Notes under the pieces: model-generated
What the model saw: the letters and a program-made list of their open reading frames with translations, nothing else
Database searches by the model: none
Told to the model about the DNA's origin: nothing
Source: Octopus bimaculoides
Lineage: Eukaryota
NCBI RefSeq assembly: GCF_001194135.2
Contig: NC_068985.1
Coordinates: 20,547,537-20,611,536, forward strand
Direction: 5' to 3'
Length of the DNA: 64,000 nt
In this document: piece after piece, positions 53,326-64,000 of the stretch
Layout: the number at the start of each line of letters is the position of its first letter
How positions within the stretch are numbered: the stretch's first letter is position 1
Program-made: the position numbers and the translations under genes

Positions 53326-53760
53326 CTGATGTATGAATAATGAAAATGATTTCTACACTTACCATAAAACATAAGTCAATATAAATGAAAAGAATCTAAA
53401 GCCTGTAGCTAATCTAGAGTTCATTTTTGTAAATAGTTAATTGATCACGTTACAATAGTGATATAAATATTTTCTACATTTGTGAAGGAAGTGTCAAATA
53501 TAGTAACCTTCATAATAGGAGTTCCTTAGCTGAATATTTAAGCAAAAATATTTATTGTATTATGCTATTGACTCAAATTTCTGTTTGTTTAATTATTCAA
53601 AAAAACATACGTCTGTTACTTGTACTATTTCCAAATGTTAGATGCATATTCCTGAATAATGTAGCAGTCAGAATTTATCTTCAAAAATACTTTAACCTTT
53701 TCTATTTTTCTCTACAGCAGTTTTAACTTTAGAGTCAGACATGTTGTTCAATGCTTAGGT

Positions 53761-54464
53761 TTTATTATTATTATTATTGTTCAGTAGTTTTATTTTTATA
53801 GCGTGCTTTCACTTCACTACCGAGCGCAGCTCTGTGCGCCTTGGGTATATGCTGTGATTTGCTGTGGTGCTCTTATGTTTACTGTATTGAAAGTGTTTTG
53901 CGTAGAACGTGTGCAGTACCCAGTAGTGCAATTTTCTGTATGTTATATATATTTGTAAGTCCTGGTGTTTTTGTTATGTATTTGTCTGAATATTTTTTTT
54001 ATTATACCTAAGGCACCTACTATGATAGGAATTGTTTCTGTTTTTAGACTCCACATTCGAGTTATCTCTATTTTCAAGTCTTTGTATTTTGAAAGTTTTT
54101 CCATTTCTTTTCGAGAAACGTTGTCATCTGCTGGTATTGATNNNNNNNNNNNNNNNNNNNNNNNNNNNNNNNNNNNNNNNNNNNNNNNNNNNNNNNNNNN
54201 NNNNNNNNNNNNNNNNNNNNNNNNNNNNNNNNNNNNNNNNNNNNNNNNNNNNNNNNNNNNNNNNNNNNNNNNNNNNNNNNNNNNNNNNNNNNNNNNNNNN
54301 NNNNNNNNNNNNNNNNNNNNNNNNNNNNNNNNNNNNNNNNNNNNNNNNNNNNNNNNNNNNNNNNNNNNNNNNNNNNNNNNNNNNNNNNNNNNNNNNNNNN
54401 NNNATTCCATAGTGTTGGCATAGCTTCCAGTGTATATAGGTCCCAGCTCTGTCATGTCTGTGAA

Positions 54465-54465
<1 letters not shown>
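53761..54465 (-). mobile_element. 5'-truncated R4/Dong-clade RLE retrotransposon end (gap inside)
   Basis: HRHDRAGTYIHWKLCQHYG ... SIPADDNVSRKEMEKLSKYKDLKIEITRMWSLKTETIPIIVGALG ... IALLGTAHVLRKTLSIQ* (stop 53879-53881), 3' UTR, (TAA)n on both sides. Confidence 0.88.
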
Positions 54466-54516
<51 letters not shown>

Positions 54517-54518
<2 letters not shown>

Positions 54519-55165
54519 GGTGGCAAGCTGGCAGAAACGTTAGTATGCCAGGTGAAATGCTGAACGGCATTTCGTCTGCCATTATGTTCTGAGTTCAAAT
54601 TCTGCCGAGGTCCACTTTGCCTTTCATCCTTTCGGGGTCGATAAATTAAGTACCAGTTACACACTGGGGTCGATGTAATCGACTTAATCCCTTTGTCTGT
54701 CCTTGTTTGTCCCCTCTATGTTTAGCCCCTTGTGAGCAATAAAGAAATAAGAAACATTAGCAGGCCATGCGAAATGCTTAGTGGTATTTCATCTATCTTT
54801 ACATTCTGAGTTCAAATTCCACCAAGGTCGACTTTGCCTTTTATCCTTTCAGGCCTGATAAATTAAGTACTAGTTGCATACTGGGGTCGATCTAATCAAC
54901 TGGCCCCCTCCCCACAAAAATTTCAGGCCTTGTGCCTAGAGTAGAAAAGATTATTATTATTCGTAGTAGTAAGGCGGCAAGCTGGTAAATGCTTAGCAGT
55001 ATTTCATCTGTCTTAACGGTCTGATCTCAAATGCCACCAGGGTCGACTTTGCCTTTCATCCTTTCGGGGTCGATAAATTAAATATCAGTTACACACTGGG
55101 ATCGATGGGCTTGACTGGTGCCCTTCCCCAAAATTTCAGGCCTTGTACCTATATTAGAAAGGGTA
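54517..55165 (+). mobile_element. Head-to-tail array of three SINE family B copies
   Basis: Units at about 54517-54750, 54753-54952 and 54971-55165, each with tcaaat B box and ctttcatcctttcggggtcgataaatta core. Confidence 0.85.
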
Positions 55166-55702
55166 ATTATTATTAGTCATCATTTTAATGGGGACACTCA
55201 TTTAGTTAACATGCAGATAGAAAGAGATAGACAGACGGACAGGCAGGTAGACAGACAAACAGGCATACAAACAGAAAGTGCCTGCCTTAGTGGTTAGGAA
55301 GTTGATTTCATGATCATAAGCTTGCAGGTTCAATTCGTAGACCAGGTGGCATGCTGTGTCTTTGGATGTATTTCACATTGCTCCAGTGGGTCATGGGTTG
55401 GAGAGCTGGAAGGGGTGCCAATATCAGCTTGTGACAACATAGGAACCTGCTACTATTAGTGGGTGCATGATACCTACCACAAATCAAACTCTTTTGCAAG
55501 AGACAGCTATACTTTATTTTATATATATAAATATACAGAGCACAATGGGTAAATTGTCACCATTTTATATTTTTAGTTGCACACATGCACATTGTTTTTA
55601 TTAAATTTTGTTAACTACACAGTATAGTAGGGTCAGTTGGGCATTGTCTGTGAGGAAAACAGCACCATGATGCAATTCACTCTGCCAGAAATTTGGAAAC
55701 AA

Positions 55703-56015
55703 CATGAGTGGATTTGGCAGATGGAAACTGAAAGAAGCGCATCATGTGTGTGTGTGCATGCACATGTGTGAGTGTATCGCTGTCTCCTTTCTTTGACGTT
55801 ACATGGTAGTTGTAAACGAGTGTCACTATCATGCAAGCAGTGTCATTTACTTCTAATATTCTGAGAAAACATGCCTGTCATGGAGAAATATTACCATACT
55901 TAGAAACATATGAAGGTCGGTGACAGGAAAGGCATCCAGCCATAGAAAATTCACCTCAACGAATACCATCTAATCTATGCAAGCATGGAAAAGTGGACCT
56001 TAAAACAATAATGAC
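55703..56015 (+). mobile_element. SINE family E: family-A-type central domain plus RTE-derived 3' tail
   Basis: gagtggatttggcagatggaaactgaaagaagc (family A core), then gacaggaaaggcatccagccatagaaa...gcaagcatggaaaagtggacc (RTE tail). Confidence 0.65.
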
Positions 56016-57574
56016 AATACCTCTTTTCTACTCTACATCAACTGGTTAATCTGAATGGAGAAAACAATAGTTTTTACTCTTAACTCTATAGTCTTCATAT
56101 CCCATACTTCAGTTATTTTCTGCTTCTATTGTGCTTCTTTCACTCATCTTACTTTCTTTTAGTTTCACTTCTTTATTCTGTTTTGCACTGTTATTACAAG
56201 TGCTTACATTGTTATTTCGTTGTTATTACAATCTCTTACATTGTCATTATACTGCCTTAGACTGTTATTACAATGTTTTGCACTGTTATCTTTCCATTTT
56301 TATTTTTGTCATATTGGTTTGTCATTTCCAATTTCAAGAATTAATAAGCAAATAATGTAACACATTATGTATGAAATGGTGCTTATATAATTTATAAAAG
56401 AAAAATCCTGTTTCATTATTTATCACCTAAAAATGTGATTTTATTGAATTCCTTTTTTTTAGTAAATTGTTTAAACAGAATTTAATTAATTTCCAACTTA
56501 AGAAAATAGCTCCTTTAATTAAACAAGAAGCATTGATGTAATTTGCTTCTGAACTCAGTTGACTTCTCCTTCCAGTTTTTGGATGCTGAGTATGAACAAT
56601 GCAGATGTGAAGAATATAGAATGAAAAAAATAATATTGAGAGGGGAGTGATCAAAAAAAAAAAAAAAAGGAAAGGTAATATGAATGTTGATGGAAGAGAC
56701 AGTGTTTAAAATGATTACAAATGAAGGTACAAAATCTATTATAAAACAAAGGAAGGTAAAAGAGCAGATGTATGAAAAAACAGGAGTATATGATGATAAA
56801 AGGTGATAAAGTAAGCATATTGAATGTTAAAAGAAGGAGCATCTGGATTGAAGAAGGAAAAAATGAAGATCAGTGGTATAGGATGACAGAGGGTAAAGGG
56901 CGGATCTATGAAATGATAGGAGATAAAATAGTATATGAAGAAGGTTGTACATTGAATGGAGAAGATAATAAAGAATAATGGTATAAGGAGAGTAGGAAGG
57001 TAAACTCACAGGTGTGTGGAATAATAACAGGAGAAAACATGGGAGCAGTTCAAGATGAAAAGAGAGACTGAAGTTGTATAAAGCAATATGGAAAAGGCTG
57101 GCAAGTAGCTTGGAATGGTAAAAAGGGAAATTTCCAAAATATTGAGTGCAATAGAATGGAATGGAGGCAGTTATGGCTGTGTGGATCAGAAGTTAGTTTT
57201 GCAACAACATTGTTTTGAGTTTAGTTCAACTGCATGGGTCTTTGGACAAATATCTTTGACTGGAGTCTTGGGCTGACCAATGTCTTGTGAATGGAGTTTT
57301 GGTAGATGGAAAATGGAGTCAGTTCTATTTTTTTCTTTTCTCTCCTCTGTCTTTCTCTCTCTTTTTCTTTCTTTCCTCTCTCTCTCCCCCTCCCCCCCTC
57401 TCTCAGTCTCTCTCCCTTTCTTACTCTATTACAAATACAGGGTCTAATGAGTGGGGTTTCAGCTCATTCAGCAGCACAGAGCCCAGACATCTAAGAAGGA
57501 GCCAGTGAAATTCTGATAGGGGGAGGAGTCCCTACTTACTAGGTTCATCCAGAAAGCAATCCCATTCTACCTTA

Positions 57575-57680
57575 CAGTCCGAATATGCTTGATGCATGTT
57601 CAAACTGGGGAACAGACTACTCACTGCATTTTGTCCCAGTTGTTCCCTGGTTTGAATGTGCATCAAGCATATTTGGACTG
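57575..57680. mobile_element. 106-bp foldback (MITE-like) with 40-bp arms
   Basis: Arms 57575-57614 and 57641-57680, 26-nt loop, CAGT..ACTG termini, TA on the left flank. Confidence 0.7.
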
Positions 57681-57755
57681 ATAATAACATTGTAATTTCA
57701 CTTATCACTGTTTAGTGCTCCCCTTCCGTAACTTTAAAAATTTCTATCAAAGACC

Positions 57756-57795
<40 letters not shown>

Positions 57796-57944
57796 TAGCT
57801 ACACTTTATATGAGAGTCTGGGAAAACCACTTGCTATGTCTGTGATGTCAGAAAGAATAGGCAACCCTACGTAATCAAATATCTCCAGAGAACTTAGAAG
57901 AGACACCTACACCCCAATATGTGTATTTTTCTATAGTAGGAGTT

Positions 57945-59775
57945 TTATCATTAGTTGTTCCATTTTTCATTTAAGGGAGGAAAGTATATAAATATATTCC
58001 ATTCCAGTTTTTTTTTTCCTTTTCTGCAAATTTTTATTACAAGCAAGTGACTCAAACTATTATATTCTTTAAATATTTAATATTTCCTGCTTGTCATATA
58101 TTTATAGACAGCCTGTTGCTGTATCATGTGCATCATCAGCATAAAGTAATAGCAAAGTAGATATTCAATAAATAAATTATATTATATCACATTAGACAAG
58201 TAGTTCTTTAGCTTTCCAATTTGAAAGATAGGAAGTGAGAAATAAAAAAAAAGGGAGAAAAACAATGTGCTAAAATCACAGTTTTTGAAATAGAAATAGT
58301 TGTGAATTTGATTTTATTTTTCAGTTAAGGCAAAAAGAGAATGCACATTGACACACACATGCACACACATGCACACCACACACAATGCACAGTATGACTA
58401 GCACCAAAGATTTCTTGGAGCTGAAAATTTTTCATAGTGCCTGAATTCAAACTAGAACTGGTTTGTTAAAAAGAATAAAATGACTTTAGTAAAATCGAAA
58501 ATGGTAGCAGCTGCTGCGGCTGCTGGAGATGATGATGATGAGGAGGAGGAGGAGGAGGGGCAATGGTGGTGGTGGTGGTGGTGGTGGTGGTAATGATGAT
58601 GCATGTATAATTTTCACTAATCAACATTGACAAAAGATGTAAACACTGGTGGGAAAACAAAAAAACATCTGTCACTTTCTGAGCGAAATCCCTTAATATA
58701 CTTGTTTCACATTATGTTACAGACACTTCCTTTTCAGTTTCCTAGTCAGAAATGCAGTGAGCTAGTGATGGGCCCATGGTAAATAAATCTTTCTGTCTAG
58801 CATTGAAGAAAACTTAATGTAGTTAAGTGTTTTATCATCGTTAGTCTGACACCATAATTTGATCAATTTCTCTAATGTCAGAGCATGACTGATTTCATGG
58901 CTCACAGGATTTCATCCATCGACTTTAACTAGTGTCAGAGTTTAATTGCTTTTCATAGATATTGTAATTTCTTCAGTTAGCTGCCATATTTTTTGTGACA
59001 GGTGATGCACTGTTACTTTTTTTTAACAATAATACTTTAAATTCAAGACATTATGGAAATTTTTTACCCATAGTCATTACATTTTTGCATCAGTCACATT
59101 TTATGTGTGGGTATGTTCTCAAAAAAGATGAGTGAGTTATGTACTTTGAGCCTTCACTAGTTGCGTCAGGTGGCACATCATGTTGCAACCATTATCATGC
59201 AAATGAATAACTTCCATTGTAATAGTTGCCATGTTTGAAATTCTCTATAAAAGTAGTTTTATTATTGGTTGTTCTATTTTTCATATAAGGGAGGAAAGTA
59301 TCTGAATATTATTTATTTTATTTTACTTTATTTTTGCAAATGATCATCATAAGAAAGTAACTCAAGCCATTATACTTTATATATTTAGTTTATCTTTCAT
59401 GTCCTATATTTATTGACAGCCTGTTACTGTATCATGTACCTCATCAGCATAAAGTAATAGCAATTAAATACCATATTAGTTGATTTATTGCTTTCATTTC
59501 AAATTAGGAATTAAGGAGAAAGAAATATAAAAGAAAAGAAGATGTGCCGGAATTTCACAGTTTTTAAAACAGAAATAATTTTGAATGCACTTATTTTATT
59601 TTCTTCTTTGTCAACAGTTCATGGAAATGCATGCAAACACACACACACACACAGAGTAAGAATGGTACTAAAAAGAAAAGGCTAGAGTTGAAGCATTTCC
59701 ATAACATCTGAATTCAAACCAGAATTAATTGCTTTTTATCTCTAAGAAAAGAAAAGAAATTTGGTAAAAATCAAA
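57945..59775. repeat. Old direct duplication of about 520-550 bp (57945-58500 vs 59265-59775)
   Basis: Collinear shared blocks, e.g. taagggaggaaagtat, gacagcctgtt..cataaagtaatagcaa, cacagttttt.aaa.agaaata, ctgaattcaaac.agaa. Confidence 0.85.
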
Positions 59776-60695
59776 TTTATTTTTATCACAAAATCTTCAT
59801 GTGAGACTAAGACATTGTTTTACTCTTTCTTCCTTTTCATTTTGCTCTTCCTCTTTCTTCCTAATTTGGGTTGAAGGTAATTCCTTGATTAATATAATAT
59901 AATTAATTCATTATCTGTTGTTCTATTATTTTATGCTAATGTTGTACAATATCTAGAAATAGTCAGTCTATTGAGGACAAGTAGGTCATATCAAATAATT
60001 AATGTATAAACAATGTAATATTTTGAGTTACTTGTTTATAAAGACAAATATAAGGAAATGAAGAAACAGAATAATTATTAGATGCTTTCTTCCTTACATG
60101 AAAATTGAATGAATCAATTGTCAAACTATTTATGAAGAGAAACTTTAAATGTACTTTTTCCAAATTGTAACAAACCAGTAGAGATTGATCATTCACTTTT
60201 ATCTCATCACACATGAGGATTAAAATATAAATAGGGGAATGATTATTTTTATGAAATCGTGCATTGAAATTTGAAAGAATGTGGAGTAATATGATGCATA
60301 ACAAAGTATTATTAGTCACTTAACAAGGGGGTAGGAGTGGCACCTATCGTCAGCTATGCACATTGAGAGAAATAGAGTTATATTCCTTGACCCAAGTCAC
60401 AATATATTGAATGTTACAAGATTTTTAATTTCTAACAATGTAATTAGTAGAACAGAATTTTAACTAGATTGCTATTTTATTTCTGCATAACAAGCTCATT
60501 TTAATGAAATATTTGTTACAAAGGAGAACACAGATCAACTTATGGAGTTAATTGTATATTTACAAATCAAAGCAGATAAAGAAAGCTGGCTCATCAGATC
60601 ACCAGTGCATCGACTTTTGAATTATATTGTACAATGCATAGCATGCATATCAGTACAGATATGTAAACATACTTTATTATACACTGAAATTATTA

Positions 60696-60993
60696 CAGTA
60701 ATCCCTTGACTATCTCTGGTGTTATGTTCCAAAACCTCCCACAGAAATAATCAGAATATTAAAAAATATAAATCCATATTGGCCACAGAAACCCACAATA
60801 TATTGAAGAGTCCGTAATATAAATTTACATATATTAACCAGAAAATTCTGTGATGTACTGAGTACATGATAAATGAACCGCGATGTACTGAGTGCATGAT
60901 AGGTGAACCATGGTATACTGAGTGCATGATAGGTGAATTGCGCTGTATTGAATGCACAATAGGTGAACTGCTATATATGGCAAGAGGTTATTG
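60696..60993. mobile_element. MITE family M1, copy 2, with internal 30-bp tandem array
   Basis: TA-CAGTAATCCCTTGAC ... GGCAAGAGGTTATTG-TA. Confidence 0.8.
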
Positions 60994-61084
60994 TATTACA
61001 TGATGAAGGCTGCTAAACAACTGTAATCCAAAGGAGAAAAAGTCATTGAATCAATATATTCACCTCTCATACCTCCTGACTTTT

Positions 61085-61500
61085 TATGATTTAATTGCCA
61101 ATCTCTAACTGTGGAGGGAACCTGTGGAAAAGGTAGACCCAGGAATGCACAGGACGAGGCAGTGAAACATGTTGTTCGAATGTTGGGTCACACTGCGGTA
61201 ATGACAAGTGATCGAGACTTTTGGTGATTTGCTGTGCTTGAGAAGACTTGTCAAGCCAAGTGAAATCATAGTCATTGCCAGTGTTGGTGACACATAGAAG
61301 GCACCCATGCCAAGGACATGTAAAAGTACCCACTAAATTCTTGGAGTGGTTGGCATTAGGAAGGGCCTCCAGCCACAGAAAGCATGTCAAATCAAACTGC
61401 AGCCTGGTACAAGCTCTCCAACTTACCAGTTCCCGTCAAACCATCTGACCCATACCAGCATAGAAAGTGGGCACTAAATGGTGATGACAATGATGACGAT
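61085..61500 (+). mobile_element. Older RTE-type 3' region with (GAT)n tail
   Basis: ggagtggttggcattaggaagggcctccagcc...ccatctgacccataccagcatag...taaatggtgatgacaatgatg. Confidence 0.7.
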
Positions 61501-61501
61501 G

Positions 61502-61553
<52 letters not shown>

Positions 61554-61652
61554 AATATATTTTTATATATATACACATATTTAGATATTTAGACAGACAG
61601 ATAGACAGAAAGAGAAAGACAGACAGACAGACATACAGACAGACAGACAGAC

Positions 61653-61698
<46 letters not shown>

Positions 61699-62099
61699 TA
61701 TCGAACTACATAACCCAGTAAGGGTTACATAAATGATGCACTTGTGCATGTTTTCCATCAGCCGAAATCCACTCACAAGATATTGGCCAATTTGAGGCCA
61801 TAGTAAAAGATACTTGTCTTAGGTGATGTTCAATGGAATTGAATGGGAGAAACTTCATTCCAAAACAAAAGTATGAGTCAGCACAGAATGGAAGGAAGTT
61901 CGTAGGAGTAGTTCTGTTGCTTGCAATGGATTAGATTTGGAAAGCTGTTGCTACAGTCATGTGGTAGTAACTAGTTGAAGACAGGATATTGACTAATTGG
62001 CTGTTTTATTACTGCGGCATGGCTGGATGATTGAGTGTTGGTTTGTTAGTGGGTCTGACTGGAGCTGGATGTTTTGTTACTAAACTTTTGTTACAGGAT

Positions 62100-62237
62100 A
62101 CATCATCATCGTCGTCACCATCATCATTATCATCATCGTCGTCGTCGTCGTCATCGCCACCACCACCACCACCACCATCTTCATCATCATCATCACCAAT
62201 ATCATCATCATCATCATCATCACCATCATCATCATTG

Positions 62238-62286
<49 letters not shown>

Positions 62287-62560
62287 TATTTAATGTCCTG
62301 CTCCCAGGCTAGCATGGATTGAATAGTTTGGCAGGATCTGATAGGTATGAAGAGTTTGTGATGTTGCAGGGCTGGTTTGAGCATGGTTTTTAAGGCCTGG
62401 ATGCCCTTCCTAACACCAATCACTTTACAGGATCCTTTCTTTCCTGGTCCCAGCAGTAGTAAGGTCAATATGCAGATTGCAAAAGCTAAGACCCCCTGTG
62501 ACTTAGTGAGGCTACAGTAAAGAGAGAGGTAGCAGTATGCTAGGAAATGAGGAATTAAAG
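62100..62560 (-). mobile_element. RTE-type 3' tail with greatly expanded (CAT)n (62100-62287)
   Basis: ttaatgtcctgctcccaggctagcatgg...ggatgcccttcctaacaccaatcact adjacent to the microsatellite. Confidence 0.7.
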
Positions 62561-63025
62561 TATGATGACAGGGACCAGAACAGAACAGGTTTCTTGCTGT
62601 AGAGGAGCTACATGGATACTCACATTATAAAAAGAGTGGATGGAAGTAATTAAGGTAGAGCTAGAAAGAGAGATAAAATAGGGGTAATTAAGGGTCAAGG
62701 TGGACACTCAAGGCACTCATTTTAAGAGATTTGTGCTTGTCACGCACCTATGTTTGGTGACCAAGACTGAAAAAGGTGCAGTCGCATGAATGACCATGGG
62801 ATTGCACCTAGAAAGTTAGCCTCCAGGGCACAAGTCCAGGCAAGGTTGTTTATGGAAGACACAAAGGCACATACACATAGATATATACATATATATATAT
62901 ATATATAAACAACAGGCTTCTTTCAGTTTCCCTCTACCAAATTTACTCATAAGGTTTTGGTCAGCCTGAGGCTATAGCAAACTTCTTATCACACAGCCAC
63001 ACCTGTGCCTATGATGTGTGTGTAT

Positions 63026-63070
<45 letters not shown>

Positions 63071-63355
63071 TATATACACACACACACACACACACATATA
63101 TAGTTGAAATTTACGGAAAAAAACAAAGACAGGTGTATAAACAACAAGCAGGTGTATTAGTTTGATGCTCGGGAAGGTGAGAAAGTCTTTTGTTTCAAGG
63201 CTACACTCTTCAACAGAAAAGAACACAAGGAAATAAACAGAGAGAAAATTTTAAAAACCTGTGGATTTAGCAGTCACCGAAAGAAGAAGCACACTCTAAG
63301 ATGTAGAGCAGTATATATTAAAAACGGGGAGAGCCTTTCCCAATTTTGATATATA

Positions 63356-63580
63356 CAGTAATCCCTTGACTATTGCAGGTGTTACATTCCAAGCCCCACC
63401 ACAATGGGTGAAAATCCACTAAGTAGAAACAGTACTGTACTGTATATTTTTTAAAATTATTTTTATGATTTGTATATATATATATTTTATTAAAAATGCA
63501 AAAAAACAGCCTGGAGGAATTGATGTAAGCTTAAATGATAAACCGCAATAGGTGAACTGTGATATGGCAAGGGATTACTG
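63356..63580. mobile_element. MITE family M1, copy 3, 225 bp
   Basis: TIR CAGTAATCCCTTGAC / GGCAAGGGATTACTG with TA on both sides. Confidence 0.9.
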
Positions 63581-63604
63581 TATATATATACATACATATA
63601 CAGT

Positions 63605-63629
<25 letters not shown>

Positions 63630-63635
<6 letters not shown>

Positions 63636-63881
63636 ATTTAGAGAAAGACCACTGTTAAATAATTCAATAATGAAGAATGTAATTCATACCCTCTAGAAAA
63701 TAAATATATAAAAACCTTATTCTGAAAATCAATAAAGTACATAAAGAATAACTAGTAAATGGTATATGTACTTTATTGATTTTTAGAGTAAGGTTTTTAT
63801 GATATATTTATTTTCTAGAGGGTATGAATTACATTCTTCATTATTGAATTGTTTAATAGTAGTTTTTCTCTAAATTATATA
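63630..63881. repeat. Long inverted repeat (foldback), arms of about 115 bp, 21-nt loop
   Basis: 63630-63743 is the reverse complement of 63765-63881 with 6 substitutions and one 3-nt indel. Confidence 0.92.
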
Positions 63882-63961
63882 CATATATTTTATATTGGGA
63901 AATTTGATTTAGTTTTGCTAAATTGAATTTTTCCCTGTAATTTTTGGATTTTATTCCCTAA

Positions 63962-63994
<33 letters not shown>

Positions 63995-64000
63995 CATTAT

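Noticed and set aside
39565-53758. Candidate exon 5 after the phase-0 donor (acceptors at about 39564, 44222/44225, 49125, 53717)
   Set aside because: Each hits an in-frame stop or lacks a credible donor; the next exon may lie in a gap or beyond the window.
2203-54582. Long ORFs in the track (e.g. 2203-2698, 7761-8542, 35088-35865, 40160-40907, 41158-42379, 53943-54582)
   Set aside because: They read through N gaps (2263-2607, 7831-8495, 30997-31180, 35308-35626, 40275-40664, 41546-42221, 48154-48186, 54142-54403). Only the RTE and RLE peptide pieces are meaningful.
58100-58160. LLLYADD peptide and TGATGA box on the minus strand of the duplicated core
   Set aside because: No surrounding RT homology and no suitably spaced CTGA D box, so neither an RT nor a C/D snoRNA call is supported.
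6826-63226. Low-complexity ORFs (YIYI, CVCV, THTH, poly-H/S/M/K/L)
   Set aside because: Translations of microsatellites with no splice or homology support.

Overview
Eukaryotic, AT-rich (roughly 30-35% GC by eye), repeat-dense genomic DNA with 8 assembly gaps. The SINE/RTE families and microsatellite load resemble an octopus (cephalopod mollusc) draft assembly; this is inference, not a database result. Almost every ORF in the supplied track is a microsatellite read-through, a gap read-through or a repeat fragment. Reading splice signals by hand gives four small + strand coding exons missing from the track (1470-1535, 5470-5532, 11308-11370, 39108-39219). They splice in one frame to a 101-aa Ser/Arg-rich then helical/coiled-coil peptide of a large gene that starts before the window and probably continues past exon 4. 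I do not recognise the gene. The rest is intron-like DNA containing tRNA-derived SINEs of several families, RTE LINE fragments (one very young family), R4/Dong-type RLE retrotransposon ends in (TAA)n tracts, a decayed mariner, and hAT, piggyBac and Tc1/mariner-type MITEs with clean TIRs/TSDs. There are also many microsatellites and several long hairpins. I found no tRNA/rRNA genes, no CRISPR, and nothing I can honestly call a new biological system. The best leads are the unannotated gene, + strand dsRNA-forming structures, a duplicated block with a conserved core, and mechanistic footprints of retrotransposition.
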